DNA of 50,313 bases, taken from contig JAJXXC010000010.1 in the NCBI GenBank assembly GCA_021781215.1, positions 1-50,313 on the forward strand, in the 5' to 3' direction. A model generated the notes under the pieces. The model made no database searches. It was not told the DNA's origin and saw only the letters and a list, made by a program, of their open reading frames with translations. A program made the position numbers and the translations under genes. This DNA comes from a bacterium (lineage in GTDB: Bacteria > Patescibacteriota > Saccharimonadia > Saccharimonadales > DATKHC01). Below, in pieces: positions 38,720-48,099 of this stretch (the stretch's first letter is position 1; every line of letters begins with the position of its first letter).

Positions 38720-39277
38720 CTATGTAAACAATCTTTTAATTATTTCGGGCAACGCTGCGCCTGCGATTGCTGCGAAAGTAGGGTTTGTAGTAATTGATCT
38801 AAGCTCGTTTAAAATCTTATTTTTTTCTGGTCCATCTTGCAAAGCTTCTTCGGCTTGGCTTATTATTGCCAACATTAGCTCCCCAACTTGAATATTGTTT
38901 GCGGGGCTATTATCACCGAAGGTAACCGGTCCATTAAATGTTGTTGTTCCAAACTTCGAACTTAGGGTTGCTTTTGCTTCTTCTTTTTTCTGAATAATGA
39001 GTCTGGATTGTGCTTGAGTATCATCGGGATTACGGTTTTGAAGCTCTTTGAGTAACTCTTGGACCTTTGATATAGCTTCAACATGTATTTGCTGCCCATG
39101 CTTATCGGACATTATCATTTGCCCAAACCAGAGTGCATTGTGTAGAACTTGGCTTGTAGCTTCGCCAAATGGTGCTACAGCCGCTTTAACGTCGTTCTCC
39201 CACATGGCTACTGAAGGTGAATCATATTTTTGATTCTTTAGCTTTTCACCTTTATCAATAAGTTCTTGTAAATTCAT
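38720..39277 (-). CDS. Hypothetical protein with G/N-rich RHIM-like linker
   Basis: TATAAT 6 nt before ATG at 39277 (start moved from 39304); FNGPVTFGDNSPANNIQVG. Confidence 0.8.
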   Translation of the reverse strand: MNLQELIDKGEKLKNQKYDSPSVAMWENDVKAAVAPFGEATSQVLHNALWFGQMIMSDKHGQQIHVEAISKVQELLKELQNRNPDDTQAQSRLIIQKKEEAKATLSSKFGTTTFNGPVTFGDNSPANNIQVGELMLAIISQAEEALQDGPEKNKILNELRSITTNPTFAAIAGAALPEIIKRLFT

Positions 39278-39319
39278 ATAATTATTATAGAACATTACGG
39301 TCACCTTTGGTGATCATCT

Positions 39320-39393
39320 TGGCTGGGAAGAAGGGACTCGAACCCCTGCTGCCGGGACCAAAACCCGGTGTCCTACCACTAGACGACTTCCCA
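39320..39393 (-). tRNA. tRNA-Gln(TTG), CCA encoded
   Basis: TGGGAAG/CTTCCCA acceptor stem, AGTGGT D-loop, CCGGG-TTTTGGT-CCCGG anticodon arm, TTCGAGT T-loop, GCCA end; 74 nt. Confidence 0.97.
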
Positions 39394-39503
39394 ATAACTT
39401 AGGTAATTATACAAAACTTCTACCCCTTTAGTCCAGTACACCTTAAATGTATGTATTCCAGCACAAGCATTACCTGTTGCATTTTATATAATTAGACTAC
39501 ATA

Positions 39504-40586
39504 ATGACACCTATGGAAGATCAAGGTAGAGATTTAACAATATCTAATAGAACAATATTTAGAATTATCATCATTCTGTTAATTACCTACTTACTACTTA
39601 AATTATTTACAAAATCATATTATATATTTGAATTAATTTTTCTATCATTCATTTTTGCAATAGCTCTTAACCCGGTTGTTAGTAAAATATCGCACAGTCT
39701 TAGAATCAAAAGTCGAGGAATAGCCACAGGAATTGCTTATATTGTAGTCATTGGCATAATTAGCTACATATTAATTTTAGTTACTCCCTCACTGGCAGAG
39801 CAAACAATTAATTACGCAAAGAACTTACCGACTACAATTTCTGATCTTCAAAACCCTAACACCGGTGCTGGAAGATTTGTTAATAAGTACCATCTAAATA
39901 ACCAAGTAAATAGTATTCAGGAATATGCAAAATCTCATACTACTAATCTGCATATACCGGTTTTTTCTACCGCATCAAAGATAGGAAATGTTTTAGAAGC
40001 GATTGTAATTGTTTTAGTTTTAACCTTTATGATGCTGGTTGAGGGACCAAAATGGTTGAATTCATACATGAAGATTAGCTTTGGAAAAAGAGATTGGCAT
40101 GCACGCTTAGCTAAAAAAATGAATCGAATAGTATCAGGATATATTAACGGACAAATTTTATTGGCTCTAATTGGGGCAGCGTTTAGCTTTGTAACTCTTG
40201 CTATAGCCAGCTCCATCTTGAATGTTCAAATTAATACCCTTGCCTTAACGGTAATTATATTTTTTACAGGACTAATTCCACTATTTGGTCATATTATTGG
40301 CACTATAGTCGTTGTTATTGCCTGTCTTTTTGTATCATGGCCACTAGCTTTAATTATGGCAATTGCACTAACATTATATCTTCAAATCGAAAACATTACC
40401 TTTCAGCCGTATATACAAGCTAAATATAATGAGATTACACCATTATTAGTATTTATATCAGCTTTAATCGGTATTGCGGCTGGAGGCTTATTTGGAGCCT
40501 TTATTGCTATACCATTTGCTGGATGTATTAAAGTTGCGATTGAAGAATTTCTAGTTCAAAGAAAACTAATAGATACGAAGAGCTAG
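39504..40586 (+). CDS. AI-2E family transporter
   Basis: AIALNPVV, GYINGQI, LIPLFG, QIEN...QP, GLFGAFIAIP. Confidence 0.9.
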   Translation: MTPMEDQGRDLTISNRTIFRIIIILLITYLLLKLFTKSYYIFELIFLSFIFAIALNPVVSKISHSLRIKSRGIATGIAYIVVIGIISYILILVTPSLAEQTINYAKNLPTTISDLQNPNTGAGRFVNKYHLNNQVNSIQEYAKSHTTNLHIPVFSTASKIGNVLEAIVIVLVLTFMMLVEGPKWLNSYMKISFGKRDWHARLAKKMNRIVSGYINGQILLALIGAAFSFVTLAIASSILNVQINTLALTVIIFFTGLIPLFGHIIGTIVVVIACLFVSWPLALIMAIALTLYLQIENITFQPYIQAKYNEITPLLVFISALIGIAAGGLFGAFIAIPFAGCIKVAIEEFLVQRKLIDTKS

Positions 40587-41995
40587 ACTCGATACCAAAT
40601 CTGATCGTTTTCTGTATCATTTATGCCAATTCCAGTGGATGTCAACTGATCCCTAATAGCATCACTGTTTTTCCAATCTCTTTCATTTCTTGATGATAGT
40701 CGACTCTCTAAAAGAGTTTTTTGGTTAGTTGTTATGTCGTCGACATTAGAAAGATTAAGCCCTAATAAATTATCCAAAAATTCAAGGAAACTAATAAAAT
40801 CTGGTAACTGAACTTTGTTTATTCGGCCATTACCGATACTATTGATAAATATGCTTAGTTCAGCCAAGGCATTAGCTGAATTTAAATCATCATACATTGA
40901 TGCTTCGATTAAAGATTGGACTTTATTAAAATCTAAGGTCTTAGATTGATTATTCTCATCTACTTGGAATTTTAATGAAGCAAAGTTTATATAGGATAAC
41001 AATCTACGGCTAGAAGCTTCTAATTTCTCGAAGCTAAAATCTGTCTGATTACGATAATTACCCTGCAGTACAAGTAATCTAAAGGATAGAGGATTCTTTG
41101 TTCGTTTCAATATGTCATCAAGGGTATAGAAATTATTCAAGGATTTGCTCATTTTTTGGTTATCGACTAGTAGATGTTCATTATGAAAGAATAATTTAGC
41201 CAGGTATTGGCTGTCTTTATCGGTTGTACTTTGAGCTATTTCATTCTCGTGGTGAGGAAATCTTAAATCAATGCCACCTGTGTGTATATCAAAGGGCTGT
41301 CCAAGTAGGCTAGTGCTCATAGCCGAGCATTCTATGTGCCATCCCGGTCTCCCTGGATAATTATTACCGTCTATTGGAAAATCCCAATAAGGTTCGCCTG
41401 TTTTCACGAATTTCCATAGAGCAAAATCATGAATTGTTTGTTTATCATATTCATCATTATTGATTCTAGACCTAGAAGAATCTGCAGATGAAAAATCTAG
41501 ATGAGATAATCTACCATATTGTTTCCCACTTTTTCTATATTTATCAATCGAGAAATATATTCCATCATCAGATATGTATGCGAAATCACTATCAAGTAAT
41601 TTATTAATCAGAGCTTGCATTAAGTCAATCGATTCAGTGGCTTTTATAAAAGTATAATTAGCAGTATCAATATTAAGTGATGCGATGTCATCCTTGAATT
41701 TAGCTTCGAAATCACCAGTTAATTTTAATAATGCATCCATGGGGCTTAAATCAGGATATAATTCATGGCTTCGTTTTATAGTTTTATCGTCTACATCCGT
41801 GATATTAATAACGTGTTTTACCCGAGAGTTAGTTCTAATTACTCGTGCTAGAGTATCAGCATATATAAATGAGCTTAGATTTCCAATATGGACATTGCTA
41901 TACACTGTTGGGCCACAAGTATAAATACCAACCCGATTGTCATTAACACAGGTAAATTGTTCTGTTTTATTAGTTAGGCTATTAAATATATTCAT
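40583..41995 (-). CDS. cysS: Cysteinyl-tRNA synthetase
   Basis: CGPTVY, HIGN, NITDVDDK, DFALWK, GRPGWHIECSAM, HHENE, KMSKS. Confidence 0.97.
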   Translation of the reverse strand: MNIFNSLTNKTEQFTCVNDNRVGIYTCGPTVYSNVHIGNLSSFIYADTLARVIRTNSRVKHVINITDVDDKTIKRSHELYPDLSPMDALLKLTGDFEAKFKDDIASLNIDTANYTFIKATESIDLMQALINKLLDSDFAYISDDGIYFSIDKYRKSGKQYGRLSHLDFSSADSSRSRINNDEYDKQTIHDFALWKFVKTGEPYWDFPIDGNNYPGRPGWHIECSAMSTSLLGQPFDIHTGGIDLRFPHHENEIAQSTTDKDSQYLAKLFFHNEHLLVDNQKMSKSLNNFYTLDDILKRTKNPLSFRLLVLQGNYRNQTDFSFEKLEASSRRLLSYINFASLKFQVDENNQSKTLDFNKVQSLIEASMYDDLNSANALAELSIFINSIGNGRINKVQLPDFISFLEFLDNLLGLNLSNVDDITTNQKTLLESRLSSRNERDWKNSDAIRDQLTSTGIGINDTENDQIWYRV

Positions 41996-43017
41996 TATTT
42001 TTTAGGTAAATTATCGAGTAATTCTTCTGTATATTTTATACACTCTGATTTAATTTTATCTAATGATTTTTTTTGATCTGCTCCAATTTTAAAGCCACTC
42101 GCGTATATGTGCCCCCCACCATTGAAATGCTCAGCCAGCATCTTGGCTATGGGAGCGCTTGTATTACAACGTATTTTGGCTGTAATATGACCATCTTGAT
42201 AGTCTTTAAAGGCTATGGCTATCATAGTACCCTCAGCAGAGCGCATCTCATCCATGACCAGCATGGGTGGGTTATAGGCATTCGAATATTGCTTAATTTC
42301 TTCCCAGGGTATGGTTATAACGGCGATTGAATTATTCCTATAAAACTCGATTCGTTGCAATAGCCTGCCCTTATAACTAATGAGTTCAGGACTTTTCCTA
42401 CTTAAATTGCGTCTAGCTTCATCTAAGAAAGTTAAATCAACGTCTAGGTCAACCAACTCAGCAATCACCCGGATTGTAGCTGAGGTTGTGCTTTCAGCCA
42501 CTAAACCCAAAGTATCTGACATAATGGCCACCGCTAAGGCTCGAGCAGCATCAATATTTAGCTGATACTTAAGTTTTTTTGACATATTATAGATTAACTC
42601 ACCGGTAGCTGATATGTCCTCAATAATTTGAAGGGTTGCAAAGTCAATTAAATTTTCATTTTCGATTTGATGATGGTCGATAACAATTAATGGTTTTTTC
42701 TTTAAATAATTTATGTCACCATTTTTAACGCTATTATCGAGTAGTGTAATGCTACTACAGTCAACAACAATAGACATATCAAAGCTTTTTGGTAAGTCAC
42801 GGCTGACTTTATCCCAGCCACTTAGGTACTTGAGATAACTCGGTATATCTACGCGGCAATACAAATAAGTTTCCTTACCCATGTCGCCTAAAATCTGTTC
42901 GAGCGCCAAAGCACTGCCTAAGCTATCACCATCTGGATTATCCGCTTGAATAATCAAAATTTTATTAGCACTGTCAATTAATTTTTCAAATTGTCTCAAT
43001 TTGTCATCTAATTTCAT
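41995..43017 (-). CDS. nrnA: DHH/DHHA1 phosphoesterase (NrnA-like)
   Basis: NPDGDSLGS, VVDC, IDHH, SDT, GGGH. Confidence 0.85.
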   Translation of the reverse strand: MKLDDKLRQFEKLIDSANKILIIQADNPDGDSLGSALALEQILGDMGKETYLYCRVDIPSYLKYLSGWDKVSRDLPKSFDMSIVVDCSSITLLDNSVKNGDINYLKKKPLIVIDHHQIENENLIDFATLQIIEDISATGELIYNMSKKLKYQLNIDAARALAVAIMSDTLGLVAESTTSATIRVIAELVDLDVDLTFLDEARRNLSRKSPELISYKGRLLQRIEFYRNNSIAVITIPWEEIKQYSNAYNPPMLVMDEMRSAEGTMIAIAFKDYQDGHITAKIRCNTSAPIAKMLAEHFNGGGHIYASGFKIGADQKKSLDKIKSECIKYTEELLDNLPKK

Positions 43018-43619
43018 AATGAAGTTCTGTCCTCAAGAGCTCGACCTAAAGTTATTTGATCTGCATATTCAAGATCTACGCCCACTGATAACCCTCTAGC
43101 CAGTCTGGATATTTTAACATTTTTATTAACTATCTGACTCTGAATATATAGGGCCGTAGATTCACCCTCAACACTAGCATTGGTGGCTAAAATTAATTCC
43201 TCGACTTCATCCTCATCTATTCTAGTCATTAGTGCTTGAATATGTAACTGATCTGGGCTGATGCCATCAATTGGCGAAATTAATCCTCCCAGCACATGGT
43301 AGGTGCCGTGGTAGAGTCTAGTCTTTTCTAGCGCAACTATATCAAATGGTTCAGCGACCACAGCAACTAATTTTTTATTTCTTGATGGATCAATATATAA
43401 GTCAGATAATTCTTTGTCGGCAGGTATTAATGCAAAAGTTTTACTGCAATAGGAAATACTATCGTGTAGATTGATTAATGAATCTGCTATACGCTTACTG
43501 TTCATCGTATCTGATTTAAAAAGATAGTAAGCGTACCGCTCAGCTGTTCTGGGACCTACTCCGGGTAGTGTACCCAGTGAGTCGATTACTTTTTGTAATG
43601 CCGGTGGTAATATCTGCAC
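43014..43619 (-). CDS. recR: Recombination mediator RecR
   Basis: LPGVGPRTAER, YHVLGGLISPIDG, ATNASVEGESTA, RLARG...LEYAD; GTG start. Confidence 0.95.
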   Translation of the reverse strand: MQILPPALQKVIDSLGTLPGVGPRTAERYAYYLFKSDTMNSKRIADSLINLHDSISYCSKTFALIPADKELSDLYIDPSRNKKLVAVVAEPFDIVALEKTRLYHGTYHVLGGLISPIDGISPDQLHIQALMTRIDEDEVEELILATNASVEGESTALYIQSQIVNKNVKISRLARGLSVGVDLEYADQITLGRALEDRTSL

Positions 43620-43629
43620 AGTTGTTTTT

Positions 43630-43923
43630 TTATAGTCCTAGTGAGCCTAGCATACCCATCATTGGCTGCATCTTCTCTTGAGCTAATTTTTGGCTTTCAG
43701 CAATAGCATCACGAATAGCGTCTTCAATCCAACGCTCCAATTCAGAGATATCATTTAAATCGATCAGTTCTTTATTTAGTTTTACTTTCTTAATTTTCTG
43801 CTCGCCGTTAATTTCAATAACAACAGCTCCATCACCTTTTTTAATTTCAATTAAGGTATTTTTTAATTCCTTTTGAAGTTTTTTAGCTTTAAGTAACATT
43901 TTAGCTTGATCAACTCTACTCAT
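43630..43923 (-). CDS. ybaB: YbaB/EbfC nucleoid-associated protein
   Basis: AKKLQKEL, GAVVIEINGEQKI; immediately upstream of recR. Confidence 0.88.
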   Translation of the reverse strand: MSRVDQAKMLLKAKKLQKELKNTLIEIKKGDGAVVIEINGEQKIKKVKLNKELIDLNDISELERWIEDAIRDAIAESQKLAQEKMQPMMGMLGSLGL

Positions 43924-43973
43924 AATTAGTCCTTTCGGTATTAAGTTCGTACAATCTATTTTAGCAAATAATT

Positions 43974-45176
43974 CTACAAATAGTGACTATATAGAGACAG
44001 AACATTAGTGGTATGTGGCCAAACAATAAAATATAACAATACTTGATACAGACAAATACTTGAAATCAATAATACAATCAGTACCCTGGCCGTAAAATCT
44101 GAATAAGGATTTCTTGGAAAAATCTTTTTCCATTCAGTATATAAATAATACACACCGATAGACATCAACAGGCTAAATAGGGGCAACGTTATATATATTG
44201 ATTTTCCACCGTTAAGAGTATAAAGCAACCAGTTTATAGCCACACTTAAATAGATATATGCCGTGATGGTATTTTTACGATTTTTATAAAGCCATATACC
44301 TGAAAAAACTACTAGAATTGTAGAAGCAAATACTATTAATGGTAGCCTTCCTATACTAAAAGCCAGGGTTGGATTATTTTCGAAAAATAGGTACTTGGGA
44401 TAATTTAAAAATTGAATTAGTAATTGGTGAAAATTTATTGCTGAAGGTATAAGTAGTGACAGATAAATTTGACTGTGGTTGAGTGTAAAATCATATATTA
44501 TTGGAGCTACAATTATTATGAAAAATGATAGTGGTAAGATCTTGTATTTTATTGATAGTGATCTAATCTCAGCTTTAATAGTCCTGTAGTTAATGATTAT
44601 AAACAGTAAACCGAACCAAAACATACCAGGTATATATAGAGTAAATCCAAATAAAATAGATGACAATATTACTAAAAGATTAATACTTTTTTTACGGTAA
44701 TATAGAATTGAAATCAATACTCCTATCAAAATTGTAAAACTATAATATCCTAGCGATTGACTGTTCCTTGTGATTTGAAGAAACCATAAGCTTGTGCTAA
44801 ATAGACCGGTCGACAAAACACCTATTAATTTATTGGTAAAAGTTTCAGCAATATAATAAAACATAAAAATAGCTATGATTCCGCATAAATACCCAGATAA
44901 TCTAATCAGAAATAGACCGTGCAAATTCAGATAATTAAGAGCCGTTAAATACCAAGAAAACATAAAGTTGGATACGTGATGCAATAGATAGTGATAATTA
45001 TATCCGTGATTTATGAGATTATTTTGGGTCGATAGTTCTGTAGCAGATAAGCCTTTTGGGGTATCAGTTAATCTGTATGTCAGTAAAATTGATCCAATTA
45101 AAAATAAGGATAATGAATAATACAGCCTAGGTTTGCCTAAATTACTAACCCTTTTAATGAATCTAAATTTTTCCAT
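43974..45176 (-). CDS. Multi-pass membrane protein, GT-C (family 39/ArnT-like) glycosyltransferase-like
   Basis: About ten TM segments; PKGLSATE loop after TM1, IRL motif, WFLQITR. Confidence 0.6.
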   Translation of the reverse strand: MEKFRFIKRVSNLGKPRLYYSLSLFLIGSILLTYRLTDTPKGLSATELSTQNNLINHGYNYHYLLHHVSNFMFSWYLTALNYLNLHGLFLIRLSGYLCGIIAIFMFYYIAETFTNKLIGVLSTGLFSTSLWFLQITRNSQSLGYYSFTILIGVLISILYYRKKSINLLVILSSILFGFTLYIPGMFWFGLLFIIINYRTIKAEIRSLSIKYKILPLSFFIIIVAPIIYDFTLNHSQIYLSLLIPSAINFHQLLIQFLNYPKYLFFENNPTLAFSIGRLPLIVFASTILVVFSGIWLYKNRKNTITAYIYLSVAINWLLYTLNGGKSIYITLPLFSLLMSIGVYYLYTEWKKIFPRNPYSDFTARVLIVLLISSICLYQVLLYFIVWPHTTNVLSLYSHYL

Positions 45177-45223
45177 AAATAATTAAGCTTATTATAACAC
45201 CCAGGCAATGCCCTTAATTTACA

Positions 45224-46588
45224 TTATTCGAACGGTACTTCGCTGTGTTTAGAATCAATACTTCTAAACCTCTGTTTGTCTCGGTCAAAGTATAGTTCAA
45301 GATTTTTGGTTGGACCATTTCTATGTTTTTTGATTAGAATATCTGCTATATTTTTTCTCTGCGATTCCTGATTATAAAAGTCTTCACGGTAGATAAAAGC
45401 AACCACGTCAGCATCTTGCTCAATTGACCCAGACTCCCTAAGATCAGATAGTTGAGGAATTTGTGGGCTTCGACTTTCAACAGATCTACTTAACTGGCTT
45501 AGTGCCAAAACCGGTACATTCAACTCTCGTGCTACACCTTTAAGCCCACGAGATATCTCACTAATTTCTTGTACCCTATTGCCTTCACTACCACTAAACT
45601 TAGAGCCTCCGCTCATTAGTTGTAAATAGTCAACAATAATCAAACCTACTTTTTTAACATGGTCCTGCCTTCTAGCTTTGGTTCGAAGCTCACTAACAGA
45701 GATACCTGGAGTATCATCAATGAAAATATCGGCTTCACTGAGCTCACCCATTGCTTGACCAATTTTTTCGAAATCCTTATCAGTTAAATTACCAGTTCTT
45801 AGTGCCCAAGCGTCGACTCCGGATGACATAGCCAGCATTCTATCTACTAATTGCTCCTTGCTCATTTCAAGAGAAAAGATTAATACCGAGCTATCGCTGT
45901 CTAGAGCGATGTTATGTGCGAAATTTAGCGCCAACGCAGTCTTACCCATTGATGGCCTAGCGGCTAATATAATTAAGTCTGATTTTTGCAAACCGGCAGT
46001 AACAGCATCGAAATCCTTGTATCCAGTAGGAACACCCCTAAGTTTGCCCTTGTCTTTATGTAACTCGTCTAATCTATCAAAACTGTCGGTTAAAATATTT
46101 TCAAGGCTAGTGACGTCTTGCTTTAGGTGCCTCTGGCTAACTTCAAATAACTTTATTTCAGCATTCTCAACTACATCCTGGATGCCAATAGTCTCATCGT
46201 AACCGAGGCCTACAATTTCTTGAGAAGTTTTAATTAATCTTCTTCTTAAGGCCTTTTGGGCGACAATTTGGGCATATTCATGGACATTTGAAGCTGTTGG
46301 TACATAATTGGTTAATTCAGTTAGATATGACGCGCCACCTATCATTTCGAAATAACCCATTTCGCTAAGCTTGTTAGATAAGGTTAAAACGTCTATTGGC
46401 GTATGATTATCATATAAATTAACAATGGCCTGATATATGTGCTGATTCTTTTCATCATAAAAATCATCTTGTTTAACACTATCGGCGACTTTAACAATGG
46501 CTTCGCTATCAATTAATATAGCGCCCAGTAATGAAGACTCGGCGTCTAGGCTTTGTGGAGGTACTAATTTATTGGCTCCCTGACTCAT
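45224..46588 (-). CDS. dnaB: Replicative DNA helicase
   Basis: PPQSLDAE, AARPSMGKT, FSLEMS, IVDYLQLM, LSQLSR, DLRESGSIEQDAD, KHRNGP; no intein. Confidence 0.98.
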   Translation of the reverse strand: MSQGANKLVPPQSLDAESSLLGAILIDSEAIVKVADSVKQDDFYDEKNQHIYQAIVNLYDNHTPIDVLTLSNKLSEMGYFEMIGGASYLTELTNYVPTASNVHEYAQIVAQKALRRRLIKTSQEIVGLGYDETIGIQDVVENAEIKLFEVSQRHLKQDVTSLENILTDSFDRLDELHKDKGKLRGVPTGYKDFDAVTAGLQKSDLIILAARPSMGKTALALNFAHNIALDSDSSVLIFSLEMSKEQLVDRMLAMSSGVDAWALRTGNLTDKDFEKIGQAMGELSEADIFIDDTPGISVSELRTKARRQDHVKKVGLIIVDYLQLMSGGSKFSGSEGNRVQEISEISRGLKGVARELNVPVLALSQLSRSVESRSPQIPQLSDLRESGSIEQDADVVAFIYREDFYNQESQRKNIADILIKKHRNGPTKNLELYFDRDKQRFRSIDSKHSEVPFE

Positions 46589-46592
46589 ATTA

Positions 46593-48032
46593 TTACTCTA
46601 CCATCTCAGCGCCACCAAAAATATTACTTATGCTTGTAATATCGAGGTCTGCAACCGTATTCTTGATTTCTTCCTCTATTTCATTTGGGGTATCTTTATT
46701 AAGAACAACTTCGATCTTATAATTCTTGCCTGAGAATTTATTTAAAGAATTATTTAAAATGTCTTTATTCTTATTTTCGCTTAACGATTTTTGGTGAAAT
46801 GGAAACTTAGTGCTCAGTATGACTCTATCGTCCTCATAATTCATTTTTGATAGTTTTATTATTGAATATAGTGTTGAGTGTTTGATCCTAAGATCATCCA
46901 TCATCTTGCTCCATACCTCAGGAAATTCTATATTTTGATCAATTGATAGATCCTGTGTAGGTTTATTTATGACAGTCTTTTTTGTTTTTTTGATTTCAGA
47001 TCTTTTAGTCGCATCAGTATCTGTCGTAGACAACTCTGCAAGTTTCTTCTGTGGTTTATCAGGATTTTCTTTGTTAATAATACTTCCATATAAAGCAATT
47101 TCTAACGACGTTAATTGATCATTGGACCGACTAATACTTAATAAATCATTAATAGTTTTAATTATGTCGGCGTTTTCTGCAGTAGTATTTTTATTTATTA
47201 ACTTATCTTTTAAAATTTTTATAAGCTGATTAACGATACTGTCTACAGAATACCCATTTGAATTGATTTCAACAAATACTTCGTGCATTTTTATTATTGA
47301 ATTTGCATCTCTGGCTTCAATAATCCGATTAACTATTTCTCGAGGAGCAGACCCGATGATAAATTCCAAGTCCGACAGAGCAATTTTATTTTTTATATTG
47401 CTAGCTTGGTCTAATAAACTAATGCTGTCACGAAAACTTCCTTCGCCATAGTCAGCAATAAATTCTATAGCCTTTAAATCTATTTTAATTTTTTCTGTAT
47501 CAGCAATCATCGTAAGACGATCAATAATCTTCTGACGTGTAATGGGTCTGAAAGTAAATTGTTGTGTACGACTAACAATGGTTTCTGGAACTTTATGAGC
47601 TTCAGTTGTGGCTAATATAAACACTACATACTCTGGTGGTTCTTCCAAGGTCTTTAGTAGGGCATTAAACGCATCTCTGGTCAGCATGTGAACTTCATCA
47701 ATGATAAATACTTTAAATTTACCATCAGATGGAGCAAGCCATACCCTATCAATCAGCTGCTTCATATCTTCAATCTTACGATTGCTAGCAGCATCTAACT
47801 CAATAATGTCCAAGTAGTTAGTGTCGTCATCTAGATATTCAAAATTATTAATTCTATGAGCCAATATTCTTGCAACCGATGTTTTCCCAACCCCCCTTGG
47901 ACCACTGAAAAGATATGCATGCGAAAGCTTGCCGTTTTTAATAGATCTCTCTAGGGTTCGAGTGATATGGTCCTGTCCAATGACGTCGCTAAAAGTTTTT
48001 GAGCGATACTTTCGATATAATGCTTCAGACAT
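46593..48032 (-). CDS. dnaX: DNA polymerase III subunit gamma/tau
   Basis: LYRKYR, GPRGVGKT, ELDAAS, IIDEVHML, NALLKTLEEPP, SRTQ. Confidence 0.96.
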   Translation of the reverse strand: MSEALYRKYRSKTFSDVIGQDHITRTLERSIKNGKLSHAYLFSGPRGVGKTSVARILAHRINNFEYLDDDTNYLDIIELDAASNRKIEDMKQLIDRVWLAPSDGKFKVFIIDEVHMLTRDAFNALLKTLEEPPEYVVFILATTEAHKVPETIVSRTQQFTFRPITRQKIIDRLTMIADTEKIKIDLKAIEFIADYGEGSFRDSISLLDQASNIKNKIALSDLEFIIGSAPREIVNRIIEARDANSIIKMHEVFVEINSNGYSVDSIVNQLIKILKDKLINKNTTAENADIIKTINDLLSISRSNDQLTSLEIALYGSIINKENPDKPQKKLAELSTTDTDATKRSEIKKTKKTVINKPTQDLSIDQNIEFPEVWSKMMDDLRIKHSTLYSIIKLSKMNYEDDRVILSTKFPFHQKSLSENKNKDILNNSLNKFSGKNYKIEVVLNKDTPNEIEEEIKNTVADLDITSISNIFGGAEMVE

Positions 48033-48099
48033 TTAATTAATAAACCCCAATAGTTAGTAGGATAATTATAACTTAATTAAGCCAAATAAATTAGTAAAA

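Larger units (their letters stand above)
31360..39319 (-). mobile_element. Hypervariable accessory array downstream of tRNA-Gln 3' end; no integrase in window
   Basis: All credible ORFs co-oriented with the tRNA; TA genes, ORFans, gene fragments, tRNA-3'-like repeats and inverted repeats. Left boundary approximate. Confidence 0.7.

Noticed and set aside
31360-39319. Classical integron or prophage
   Set aside because: No intI or other integrase, no RYYYAAC...GTTRRRY attC hairpins recognised, and no phage structural or replication genes.
29830-40586. Four-base convergent stop overlaps (29830-29833, 40583-40586)
   Set aside because: Ordinary genome compaction; no evidence of special function.
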